DNA of 64,000 nucleotides from Mobula hypostoma (taxonomy: Eukaryota), in NCBI RefSeq assembly GCF_963921235.1, contig NC_086097.1, forward strand, positions 54,872,001 through 54,936,000, given 5' to 3'. The notes under the pieces were generated by a model. That model ran no database searches. It was given only the letters and a program-made list of their open reading frames with translations, and was not told where the DNA came from. Numbering within the stretch: position 1 is the stretch's first letter; each line of letters starts with the position of its first letter. Positions 50,082 to 61,874 of this stretch are shown here, piece after piece. The translations under genes and the position numbers were made by a program.

Positions 50082-51705
50082 CAGTGGCATGCAAAAGTTT
50101 GGGCATCCCTGGTCAAAATTTCTGTTACTGTGAATAGCTAAGCGAGTAAAAGATGATCTGATTTCCAAAAGGCATAAAGTTAAAGATGACATTTCTTTAA
50201 TGTTTTAAGCAAGATTACTTTTTTATTTCCATCTTTTACAGTTTCAAAATAACAAAAAAGGAAAAGGGCCTGAAGCAAAAGTTTGGGCACCCTGCATGGT
50301 CAGTACTTAGTAACACCCCCTTTGGCAAGTATCACAGCTTCTAAACACTTTCTGTAGCCAGCTAAGAGTCTTTCAATTCTTGTTTGGAGGATTTTCACCC
50401 ATTCTTCCTTGCAAAAGGCTTCTAGTTCTGTGAGATTCTTGGGCCGTCTTGCATGCACTGCTCTTTTGAGGTCTATCCACAGATTCTCGATGATGTTTAG
50501 GTCGGGGGACTGTGAGGGCGATGGCAAAACCTTCAGCTTGTGCCTCTTGAGGTAGTCCATTGTGGATTTTGAGGTGTGTTTAGGATCATTATCCTGTTAT
50601 AGAAGCCATCCTCTTTTCATCTTCAGCTTTTTTTACAGATGGTGTGAAGTTTGCTTCCAGAATTTGCTGGTATTTAATTGAATTCATTCTTCCCTATACC
50701 AGTGAAATGTTTCCCGTGCCACTGGCTGCAACACAAGCCCAAAGCATGATCGATCCACCCCCGTGCTTAACAGTTGGAGAGGTGTTCTTTTCATTAAATT
50801 CTACACCCTTTTTTCTCCAAACATACCTTTGCTCATTGCAGCCAAAAAGTTCTATTTTAACTTCATCAGTCCACAGAACTTGTTTCCAAAATGCATCAGG
50901 CTTGTTTAGATGTTCCTTTGCAAACTTCTGACGCTGAAGTTTGTGGTGAGGACGCAGGAAAGGTTTTCTTCTGATGACTCTTCCAGGAAGGTCATATTTG
51001 TGCAGCTGTTGCTGCACAGTAGAACAGTGCACCACCACTCCAGAGTCTGCTAAATCTTCCTGAAGGTCTTTTGCAGTCAAATAGGGGTTTTGATTTGCCT
51101 TTCCAGCAATCCTATGAGCAGTTCGCTCAGAAAGTTTTCTTGGTCTTCCAGACCTCAACTTGACCTCCACCATTCCTGTTAACTGCCATTTCTTAATTAC
51201 ATTACGAACTGAGGAAATGGCTACCTGAAAACACTTTGCTATCTTCTTATAGCCTTCTTTTGCTTTGTGGGCATCATTTATTTTAATTTTCAGAGTGCTA
51301 GGCAGCTGCTTAGAGGAGCCCATGGCTGCTGATTGTTGGGACAAGGTTTGAGGAGTCAGGGTATTTATAAAGCTTTGAGATTTGCATCACCTGGCCTTTC
51401 CTAATGATGACTGTGAACAAAGCCATAGCCCTAACAAGCTAATTAAGGTGTGAGACCTTGGTAAAAGTTAGCTGAGAGCTCAAATCTCTTGGGGTGCTCA
51501 AACTTTTTCATGGTGCTCCTTTCCTTTTCCCCCACTCTAAAATTGTACGAAACAAAAATAATACACTAATCTTGCTTAAAATGTTGAAAAGAATGTTTCA
51601 TCTTTAACTTTATGACTTTTGGAGATCTGTTCATCTTTTACTCACTTAACTATTCGCAGTAACAGAAATTTTGACCAGGGGTGCCCAAACTTTTGCATAC
51701 CACTG
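50082..51705 (-). mobile_element. Full-length Tc1 (IR/DR type) transposon, transposase inactivated
   Basis: TA|CAGTGGCATGCAAAAGTTTGGGCA ... TGCCCAAACTTTTGCATACCACTG|TA, with long TIRs carrying inner direct repeats. Transposase 51323-50300 has GRPRKL, WTDE, QDNDPKH and SPDLNIIE. Lesions: TAG at 50694-50696, a +1 in an A-run near 50630, and TAA before QDNDPKH. Confidence 0.97.
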
Positions 51706-51859
51706 TATATAAAGGATATCACAAATGTTTTTAGTCCATTTTATTGGATAAACAGTGTCACCATGTGCTGGGCATTAAGAGGCAAACTATAGAATAGTTC
51801 CATAGAATAGAATGGTATAGAATAGAATAGAACCATTCTATTTCTATTTTACCCTACTC

Positions 51860-52195
51860 TAGCCTCTTACTTCTTAACTGCCTATCATGACCTCTGGATC
51901 CCTTCCTCCTTTCCTTTCTCCTATGGTCCACTATCTTCTCCCATCAGGTTCCTTCCTCCCCAGACCCTTACCTTTCCTATCCACCTGGCTTCACCAATCA
52001 CCTTCTAGTTTTTCTCCTCGCTCCCCCCAACCTTTCTATTCTGGCATCTTTCCCCTTCCTTTCCAATCCTGTGGAAGGGTCTTGGTCTGAAATATTGCCT
52101 ATTTATTCTTTTCCATAGATGCTGCCTAACTTGCTGAGTTCCTCAAACGTGTTGTGTGCGATGCTTTGGATTTCCAGCATCTGCAGAATTTATCG
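51860..52195 (+). mobile_element. Old Penelope-type 3' fragment
   Basis: Pyrimidine-rich tract, decayed CCTGTGGAAGGGTCTTGGTCTGAAA, and tail GATTTCCAGCATCTGCAGAAT. Confidence 0.6.
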
Positions 52196-53529
52196 TGCTT
52201 ATTGCTTGTTTTCTTAGCTGGCTGCACATTCTGACTCCTGAGAATATATTGCTTATTGATATTTTGCTGACTCTGCCCCAACTTGTTACCCAAAACTCTT
52301 GTTTTTGTGGATCTGTACTAATTCCAGGTTACGAAACTCTTTGATTATGAAGTTGACATTCTTCGTTTTAAATCCTTACATATTTTCAATTTCCTGTGCT
52401 TTTGCAGCCTTTCAAATTATTTGTAGTGCTCCAGTTTTGCCTATTTCATACATAATTTTAAATTAGTCCACTATTCTGCTTGAAGTTTCAAAGAGACTAA
52501 ACCAGAACCCTCTTCCTCAGCAGCTCTCTTCTACATCTAACACTCAAGGAGTCTGAGCTATGACTGTAAATGTACCCTTTTATGGTCAGTGTGAAATTTG
52601 ATTCTAGTTCTGTCTACTTATTTACTTCTGTTGTGGTTGGTCATGATACCTGCCTAACACTGAATAGCATCAGCTAATAGTACATCATGATCCTCTACCT
52701 GCTTTGTCCCTATACAATTTTGTGTCAATGCAGTTCATATGGATTGCTTTGTCAAAATCTTGATGTTTTTATCTCAAGCAATATATTTATTACTTCTTTG
52801 TGGGAATAACTCCACTTCCCTGGTTGCGTATTCAGTTTTACTGGATTTTTTTCCCTATCTTTTGGAAGACCTGCACTCCATAGCAATTCAATTTAAGGGT
52901 AAATTGTTACTGACTGAGAATGGGGGCTTTTGGGGGCAAAATGGAGGGCATGGTGTTTGCTTCTGGAAAGGAGTTGTACGGCATTTAGATATTTCTCTGG
53001 AGTTTTCAACATCTGTTTATCTATCTGCTATCTAGTAATTGATCTAATTTCTATTAAAAGGAAAGTATTTTAGAATAAGTGGTTCTTCTCCCTTTGCTCC
53101 ATCTTCACTGTAGTAAATATTTGAAAATTATTTGTTTCATAAAGCCTTGTCCAATTTACTGATTTTCAGGTACAGCTTAAGCATTTGCCTTTGAATTTAA
53201 TCTGAAAATTTGAATCAGCAACAGTTTATAATTTGAAATTACAATTTGTTGAGAACGTTTACTATCATCTTGAAGAAGGGGTCTCACTGATCTATTAAAA
53301 CATACAGGGAACCAAAACATACCTCACTTCTTTTTTTTTGTTTCTTCCCATTCCCTCAAAATGCCCCACAAGTATCCTTACTGTTTTGAGGCAAATTCCC
53401 AGGGTCAGACAAGGTGTTTCCTTGGACCTTGTGAGGAAGCTCGTGCAGAAATTGTATGGGCAGAGGTACTTAAAACATTCTTAGCTGTGGGTGGAGTGCT
53501 GGATGATTGGAGGACAGATAATGGGTTGT

Positions 53530-54430
53530 TCAGAATCAGGTTTAGTATCACTAGCATATGTTGTGAAATTTGTTCTTTTGCGGCAATATATTGCAATATA
53601 TAATTCAAACCTATAAATTACAATTCAGTTACTGTGTGTGTGTGTGTGTATATATATGTGTGTGTGTGTGTGTAAATTAAATAAGTTATGCAAAAAGAGA
53701 GGGAAAAACACTAAGGTAGTGTTCATTGTCCATTCGGAAATCTGATGGCGGAGGGGAAGAAGCTGTTCATGAAGCTTTGAGCATCTTCAGGCGCCTTTGC
53801 CACATCGATGGTAGCAATGGGAAGAGAGTATGTCCTGGGTGTTGGGGGTTCTTAATGATGGATGCCGCCTTTTTGAGACATCACCTTTTGAAGGTTTCTT
53901 CGATGCTGGGGAGGCTATTGTCCATGATGGAGCTGACTGAGTTTACAACTTTCTGCAGCTTATTTTGATCCTGTGAAGAGCCCACCCCCCATACTAGATG
54001 GTGATGCAACCAGATAGAATACTCTCCATGGTACATCTGTAAAACATTTGCGAGTGTCTTTGGTGACATACCAATTCTCCTCAAACTCCTAATGAAATGT
54101 AGCTGCTGTTGTGCCTCCTTTCTAATGTTGGATCCAGGCTAGATCCTCAGAGATGTTGACACCCAGGAACTTAAAACCGCTCACCCTTTCCACTTCTTAT
54201 CCCTTGATGAGGACTAATATGTGTTCCCGTGACTTCCTCTTCCTCAAATCCAAAATCAATTCCTTGGTCTTACTAACACTGAATGTAAGATTGGCAAATT
54301 TATAGACAGCATTTGAGCTGTGTCTAGCCACACAATTGTGAGTGTAGACCGAATAAAGTAGTAACGTAAGCAAGCATCCGTGAGGTGCACCAGTGTTGAT
54401 CCTCAGCAAAGAGGAGATGTTACTTTCAAT
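53530..54430 (-). mobile_element. Rex1/Babar-type LINE 3' fragment containing a (GT)n/(AT)n microsatellite
   Basis: ORFs 54197-54436 (INTGAPHGCLL..LLYSVYTHNC) and 53881-54084. Microsatellite at about 53633-53673. Confidence 0.8.
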
Positions 54431-54762
54431 CCACAAAGACTGTGGTTTGAGAAAGGCTCATGGAATAAGCTAAGAAACGATAGGCCTGTGAGCGTGAAGT
54501 CAGTAGTGGGTAAGTTATTAGAAGGTATTCTAAGGGACAGGAATAGACAGGGACTAATTAAGGACAATCAGCATGGCTTTGTGCGTGATAGATCATGCCA
54601 AACCAATTCTATACAGTTTTTCAAGGAAGTTACCCAGGAAAGTTGATGAAAGAAAGGCAGTAGATGTTGTCTACATGCCTTTGACAAGTTTCTATACGGA
54701 AGGTTGGCTGAGAACGTTAAGTTGTTGGGCATTCAGGATGAGATAGTAAATTGGATTAGACG

Positions 54763-54877
54763 CAAACAACAGGAATTCTGTCCTGACGAAGGGTCTCGGC
54801 CTGAAACGTTGACTGCGCCTCTTCCTATAGATGCTGCCTGGCCTGCTGCGTTCACCAGCAACTTTGATGTATGTTGC
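54763..54877. mobile_element. 115-bp Penelope-type insertion with a 17-bp TSD
   Basis: TSD GTAAATTGGATTAGACG at 54746-54762 and 54878-54894. An inverted terminus CAAACAACAGGAATTCTG is followed by a plus-strand hammerhead segment. Confidence 0.9.
54780..54813 (+). ncRNA. Minimal type I hammerhead ribozyme motif (Penelope-type)
   Basis: GTC-CTGACGA-AGG(GTCTCGG)CCT-GAAAC-GTT-GAC contains CUGANGA and GAAA boxes, helix II AGG/CCT, a loopless palindromic helix III (AACGTT), a GUU triplet and helix I GTC/GAC. Confidence 0.7.
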
Positions 54878-57188
54878 GTAAATTGGATTAGACGTTGGCT
54901 TTGTGGGAGAAGCCAGAGAATGGTAGTAGATAGTTGTCTATCTGACTGGAGACCCCCTAGACCTGAGTCAACGTAGTAGTAGTAGTAGTAGTCGTCTCTG
55001 ACTGGAAGGCTGTGACTAGTGGTGTGCTGCAGGGATCAGTGCTGGTTCCCTTGTTATTTGTTATTTATATCAGCAATCCAGATGATCAGCAAATTTGCAG
55101 ATGACACCAAGATTGGGGGGTATAGTGGACAGCGGAGAAGGTTAGTAGAGCTTGCAGTGGGATCTGGACCATCTGGGAAAATGGGCTGAAAAATGGCAAA
55201 TAGAACTTAATGCAGACAAGTGTGAGGTTTCGCACTTGGAAGGACAAACCAGGGTAGGACTTGCATAGTAAGAGGTGCGGTGCTGAGGTATGCGGTAGAA
55301 AATAATGATCTGGCAATACAGATCTATAATTCCTTGAAAGTGGTGTCACAGGAAGATGGGGTCTTAAAGAGAGCGCTTAGCATATGGGTCTTCATAAATT
55401 AAGTACTGAATACATGAGTTGGGATGTTATGTTAATGTTGCACAGTATAAGACATTGGTGAGGCCTAATTTGGGAGTATTGTGTACAGTTCTGGTCACCT
55501 ACCTATGGGAAAGATATTAATAAGTTTGCAGAGATTTACAAGGATGTTGCCGGGACTTAGGGCCTGAATAAGAGAGAAAGGTTGAATAGGTTAGGACTTT
55601 ATTCCATGGATTGTAGGGGTATGAGAGAAGATTTGATAGAGGCATACAAAATTATGAGGGGTATAGATAGGGTAAATGCAAACAGGCTTTCTTCACTGAG
55701 GTTAGGTGAGACTAGGACTAGAGGTGATAGGGTAAGGGTGAAAGTTGAAATGTTTAAGGGAATCTTCTTCATTCAGAGGGTGCTAAGAGTGTGGAATGAG
55801 CTGCCAGTGGAAGTGGTGGATGCGGGTTCGATTTCAACATTTACAAGAAATTTGAATAGGTACGCAGATTGGAGGGGTATGGAGGGCTGTGGTCCAGGTG
55901 CAGGTTGATGGAACTAGGCATAATAATAGTTCTGCACGGTCTAGATGGGCCAAAGGGCCTGTTTCTATGCTGTAGTGTTCAATGACTTGAGAAGGAAAAT
56001 ACTTGAACTCTTAATTGGTGTCCCTATCTACAGGGAATTTTATTTATTTTTTTTTAAAAGACTTCAGATTCTGGAAGATCATTTTCCAGAATTGACCTTA
56101 CAAAATCTTGGAGTCAACCGTGTGCTATTTTTTGCCCTTCATGTAGCAAAGATAGTGTGCTTGTGGACATATACAAGATTGATCCCTATTTTTAATTAAT
56201 GAAGAATTTGCAAAAAGTTGAACTAGATTTCTCTTTAGCAACCGTAACGAGTTAGTGCAGTAACAATTTACTGGAAGAACTCATTGTGTTGAGCAGCATC
56301 TGCGAGAGGAAAGGAATGATTGACTTTTCAGGTCAAAACCCTGCATCCGCACCAGTAGTGCAGTAACCTCAGAAGGAAGACTCCCATTTATGGTTGGTTC
56401 ATGCACCAGTGATTTCAGGGTTAAAATGATTAGGAAGAGACTTGGGAGGATTTTTCCTTTTTGTAGTATGTGGTTATTATCTGGAACTCATTGTTTCTGG
56501 GGTTGTGGAAATAATCAGTTCTGAAGATGGAAATGGATGGTCACAAGGGAATCAATTTGTGGAGAAAGAATAATAGAATGGAACCGACTGGATTGCTCCA
56601 TAAAAAGCTGGCATGGATCTTATAGCCTCCTTCTGTAATGTAACAGTTTCTGATTCTTATAGAGTCAATGTTGCATTGAAACAGGTTTTTCAGCCCACTA
56701 TATCTATGGTGACCTTTATTACCATCTATCATTTGCAGTACAAGGTCTGTACCCTTCTTTGCCTTGCCTATTCACGTATCTGTCCAAATATCTTCTTATA
56801 CTGTTTGGTTGATGCTTAATTGACTAAAAGACTAGCAAACCACTCGGTTATATTAAACTACTACATTCAAAGTTGAGATTTAATTTTCATGCAGAAAGTT
56901 TTGGCGGTGGGAGAGAATATCATCTAGGGTTTTCCTCCTAATTACAAAAGAATATCTATGCGTAGCTGGTCAAAGAGGAATTGAAACTGAAAAAGCAGCC
57001 TGACAACTAAAGTAATGAAGGTTAATGATATTACTGAAGTTGTCATTTGTAACTTTAGAACATTTATTGGCTTCCATCAGTTTACAGATTGGGACTTGGA
57101 AATTGGTGAAGCGAAAAACCTTTCCAAAGTCTTAAGAGTATTTCAAAGGAGCAGCTGGAGAATTGTGCCTGAGAAAAAGAGCTGAGTA

Positions 57189-57930
57189 CAGTAGATTCTG
57201 TTTAATTGGGACTCATTGGGACCAGTACATTTAGGCCCAATTAAGCAGCAGCCCCAATTTGCCGAAGTTTCAGGAAAATAATTAAAAAGGTATTAAAAAA
57301 GCCAAAACTACCATTTAAATGGGTGACAAATCATATATTTAAATGAAATACAGAACAAATTAGAACACAGACCAATACTACTACAGTACTATAAAATTGT
57401 GTATTAGTTCCTAATAGTTATCACCAGAGGAATTCATCCAGTGTTTCCTGCCATGTTCTTTTCATTGTAAATGAATACACTCAGCGCAGACACAGTGCAG
57501 ATAATGGACTACCTTCATACAATGCTTTCAACAATTGCATCCTCCAAATCTTATTTTTCATTTAAACATTGAAGATGATTGTTGATACCTTCAAATTCTT
57601 TGTATTTCCTAACTTGTTGAAGTAGTGACATCATTTCATTTTCATTCCCAGTTGTTTCTGGCATATCCAAGCCTCAATGCTTGAAACCACAGTAAGCAAG
57701 ACTGTTCTGAATTGTCATATTGTTTATTTCTCATCAACTAACAGTGACAAAAATGACTACTTTTTTGGACGGACGGACACACACACACAATGCTATTTAA
57801 AAACTGTTTGTTCTAAGCATGGTGTAGTGCCTAATGACCACACAAGTGTGTGCAACTGTTGCTAATTAGAAACTGTTCAGCAACAGTCTCATGTCCCAGT
57901 TAAGTAGCAGTGTCCCAAATAAACAAAGGG
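57189..57930 (-). mobile_element. Tigger/pogo-like non-autonomous relic
   Basis: Starts TA|CAGTAGATTC..TTAATTGGGAC with TGTCCCA..TAA repeats at the other end. Acidic transposase C-terminal remnant (EFEGINNHLQC...LEDAIVESI) on the minus strand. Confidence 0.55.
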
Positions 57931-58245
57931 GTGTTTAAGATAATTTAATATTCCAACAGAAAATGTTATTTGTAGCTGATAATGATGTATTTAGTATTTT
58001 CACTGATAGTTAATCCATTTCTATTATTAAATTATACCAGTCTAATAGTATATAATTTATTAAGTAGCATTTAAACCTTAAGGAAAACAATTTTTTTCAT
58101 AAAGAGTGATAGCACTTCAAAATAGTTAGCTTTGTAGTCAAAAATACTGTCTAAATGTAAATTTGTACTTCATTAGAGTAAATAGAGTTAGAACTGAATT
58201 TAATAATTTGCATGAAATAAATTAATTTATTTTTAAATCCTGCAG

Positions 58246-58395
58246 TTACTGATTCTTGGTGAACCAGAACAATACAAGGTGGCTGTGAATAAACAACATT
58301 TTCTTGAATTCAAACATCGATATAAGAGTTTGAGAGAAGTGACCAAAGTCAGCATCTACGGCGATATCACTCTTCATAAGATGTTTATGGTGTAA
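58246..58395 (+). CDS. lgals3: Galectin-3 coding exon 6 (CRD C-terminus and stop)
   Basis: ATCCTGCAG acceptor; LLILGEPEQYKVAVNKQHFLEFKHRYKSLREVTKVSIYGDITLHKMFMV-TAA. Aligns to [43 protein letters not shown]. Confidence 0.97.
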   Translation, partial: LLILGEPEQYKVAVNKQHFLEFKHRYKSLREVTKVSIYGDITLHKMFMV

Positions 58396-58889
58396 ACTCG
58401 GGATACTCTTACTAAAGTGACCGCTAGTATTTGGATATATGAAAATTTGAGCACTTATTACTAACTGGTAAACTTTTATCATACTACTATACTAGAACCA
58501 CCAGATCAGTCTCGGAATTAATTACATTGTAAAAGTATGGAAACAGACTATTCAGCCTATCAAGCATCTGGTAGTTTTACCATTTGACCCATATTGCCCC
58601 ATCTCATTTCTTGCTTACATGCCTTATTCTTTTTACCACTTTAAAATTGCTTTTAGAATAATTCATGGACTTTTCTTAATGATTGAGAGTTCTTCACTTC
58701 TAAGAATTGTATCCTACCCTCTCATTTTTGCATGTAAGGTTGTGTGGAATTATTACCTAACATTATTTTAACTCCTTAAAATATGTTCATAATAGCAAAA
58801 TGCCACATGGAAGAAAATTGACAAAAACTTAAGGAATATTATATGTAAATTACCTGAGCTTTGTATTTCCTTATATTTTGGGCACTTTT

Positions 58890-58895
58890 ATTAAA
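58890..58895 (+). terminator. Candidate lgals3 polyadenylation signal (ATTAAA)
   Basis: ATTAAA about 500 nt after the stop codon in an AT-rich, TE-free 3' region, followed by a T-rich tract. Confidence 0.4.
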
Positions 58896-59499
58896 TATAT
58901 ATGTAAACACCAAATGCATTTTATTTCAATAATTCCATTGGCTAAAAATTCGTTTGTCCTGAATTGGTGAACCTAACCATCTTCATCCGCTTTATCAATG
59001 ACTTATTTCTGTTCATAAGATCAGAAGTGGAAATATTCACCAATGAATGCAAGATTGTCAATTTCAGGTGTAACATTTGGTGAAAAGAAATATCCTTACT
59101 GGCTGAAAACAAAACATAGACAACCAAGTAGTTATCATGATTATGGTGCTGCACAACATTATATCTTTTGCATTCATTGAAATTATTGTCTTGTACCATT
59201 GATCAAAAACGCAAGTGGACCAGCCATATATGTTACATAAACAGATCAGAGATTGGGTATCTTGTGAGAAGTTCATCTTCGGCCATCCTAACTTTTTCAA
59301 TAACTTAAGTGTGAGAAAATACTCTCCAGAGGAGTTTAGGCCTAACAATATTTAATATTTACATTTTATTAGCACTGCATGCACTGCTGCTAGCTACAAA
59401 ATGCATGGGAATTATTTGCCTGGGCTACTACAATAGCATTAAGCTGCAGTTTGAATGAGCTTAAATGGAATGAGCTAAGCTTAGAATAAGTTTTTGAAG

Positions 59500-60499
59500 A
59501 GCTGACCAAGAGGTTAATAGAGGAAGGGAAGTAGATGATGTTTACATGAACTTTAGCAAGGCCCTTGACAAGGTCCCATATGGTGGGTTGGTCTACAAGG
59601 TTAGAATGCATGGGATCCAGTGAGTTAGCAAATGATATATAAAATTGGTTTGTGAGTAGAAGGCAAGGGAGGTAGGAGAGCATTTTTTTTTATATCAGAT
59701 AAGACACTGGTGACCAATATTGTGCCATAGGACTCTATGCTGGATTACTGTTAATCATATAAATTGATTTGAAGTGAACATTGGTGGCATGATTAGTAAG
59801 TTTGCAGATGACACCGAAACTGGTGGCATAGTGAACAGCGAAAGTTTTCTAAGGTTACAGCAGAATATAAATCGAATGGGAAAGTGTGCAAGGGAATGAA
59901 AGATGGAATTTAACTCAAGACGTGTGAAGTGAGGCTCTTTGGGAAGTTAAACCTGGACAGAACGTACATAGTAGGGCCATGGAGTGATTTTGAACAGAGA
60001 AGCCATGGGAAATGAATAAATAGTTCCCTGATAACTGGGACTGGTAAACAGAGTAATGGCAAGAATATGGCATGGGATCCAAGTTGAGTTAGCAAATTAT
60101 ATATAAAATTGGTTTGTTGACATGCTTGCTTTCAATCACAGCGGCAATGACTAAGATTTGGAATGTTATGTTACAGCTGTACAAAAGATTGGTTTAGACT
60201 ACACTTGGCGTATTGTATGCATTTCTGATTGCCACATTACAGAAAAGATGTGTTTAATCTAGAGTGGATGCAGAAAAAAATTCACAAGGAAGTTGTTTGG
60301 TTTGCAGAGTTTGAGTTTTAAGGAAATATTGAGTGGTCCAAAGGAATAAAATACCAGCATATGCAGTGTACCCCTGTCTCCATTAAATAGGCTAGGTTTC
60401 ATTTTCACTGGAGTGAAGAGACCAAAACATGACATGACAGGGGTATATAAAATTAGAAGTAGCATAGAAAGGATAGAAGGCCTGACTCCATTTCTCTAG
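59500..60499 (+). mobile_element. Old CR1 LINE fragments (continue at about 63066-63320 after the Tigger element)
   Basis: DVYMNFSKALDKVP and SKFADDTE remnants. The CR1 3' sequence resumes as GTCTAAAACCAGAGGG after 63065. Confidence 0.7.
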
Positions 60500-60989
60500 T
60501 ACAGGTTTCCCCCGCTATCCGAAGGTACAGCGTTCCTATGAAATGGTTTGTAAACCGGAATGTCGTAAAGTGAAGAAGCAATTACCATTTATTTATATGG
60601 GAAAAATTTCTGAGCGTTCGCAGACCTAAAAAATAACCTACCAAATCATGCCAAATAACACACAAAACCTAAAATAAAAGTAACATATAGTAAAAGCAGT
60701 AATGATATAATAAATACACAGCCTATATAAAGTAGAAATACTTTTCTACAATCATTGTCGCACTGTTCTCCGTAGCAAAACCATCTCACGCAAGCGCTCT
60801 CGGCAGAAACACTCTCTCCAGTAACCTTTAAGCTGCCAAATCATACCAAATAACACATAAAAATACATAGCCTATATAAAGTAGAAATAATGTATGTACA
60901 GTGTAGTATCACCTACCGGAATCGAGAAGACAGCGCCGAGCACACTGATGACGGTGTGTTAGGCTGAGTCGTCAGAGGTTGGGGTGGTG

Positions 60990-61320
60990 CAGTGGTCCCC
61001 AACCTTCAGGCTGCCGACCAATACCGATCCGTGAAGTATGCGGTGGAGCAGTGTTGGCTGGGCCACACCCAACACATCTTTAAGAAAAAAGCCGAAATAA
61101 ACAAGCTAATTAATTAGGTGCCGCTCGGCACATAAATGTCGGCCCAGATCAGAGGTGATTGTGCGTCGCCTCTGATCTGGGTGGACATTTACGTGCCGGG
61201 CAGCACCTAATTAATTAGCTTGTTTATTTCGGCTTTTTTCTTGAAGATGTGTTGGATGCGTCCTGGCTACCGCTGCATTCTCCACGGCAATGTATCGGTC
61301 CGCAGCCCGGGGGTTGGGGT
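60990..61320. mobile_element. Palindromic hAT-type MITE inside the Tigger element
   Basis: Starts CAGTGGTCCCCAACC. Near-perfect hairpin arms at 61069-61158 and 61166-61255. GGTTGGGGTGGTG is duplicated at both ends. Confidence 0.75.
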
Positions 61321-61874
61321 GGTGGGACACTGGGGCGTCATCTCATCGTCGTCTGTTTCCATCAGGGCAGGCAGGTCATCTTCTAACTCTGCCTGCCTCA
61401 ATGTCAAAGGTCGAGGTTCGTCTGCTGTGGCTGATGTGGAAAGGTTTGAAAAACAGTATGCTTGACTGCTAGCCTCGCCCATTTTTCTATCATACAGTTC
61501 TTTGTAAGCACTCAAACCATCCTGCAAATGTGCCCTAAAGCTACGTACCCTTTCAAAATTAAAGTCATACTTTTCTGCAATCATTGCAGCGAAAATCTCA
61601 GGCAGTTGCTTCACGTTCAGTTCCTGGATGACTTCACTTTCGGTCCGTTTGCTACTGCATTTGGTTTCGATTGTTATCCTTTCCTCTTCCAATTGCATCA
61701 ACTCTTCATCTATCAGTTCTTGGTCATGGGATGCCAAACCTCTTCAACATCATCTTTGCCAACTTCCACAAGCCAAACTCACTTCGTCCTTACTTTGTTC
61801 ACCACGATCGAAACGCTTAATTATGTCTAGTTTTACACTAAGTGTAACACCTTCACGAGCTCTTTTAGGCTTTT

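Larger units (their letters stand above)
54450..55990 (+). mobile_element. Degenerate CR1 LINE carrying two small nested insertions
   Basis: RPVSVKSVVGKLLEGIL..QHGFVRDRSCQTN, KFADDTK, and ORF 55582-55908 as the C-terminus. Confidence 0.85.

Noticed and set aside
61267..61737. TIGD/CENP-B-like host gene
   Set aside because: It lies within Tigger TIRs, lacks the DDE core and is disrupted by CR1 and MITE insertions.
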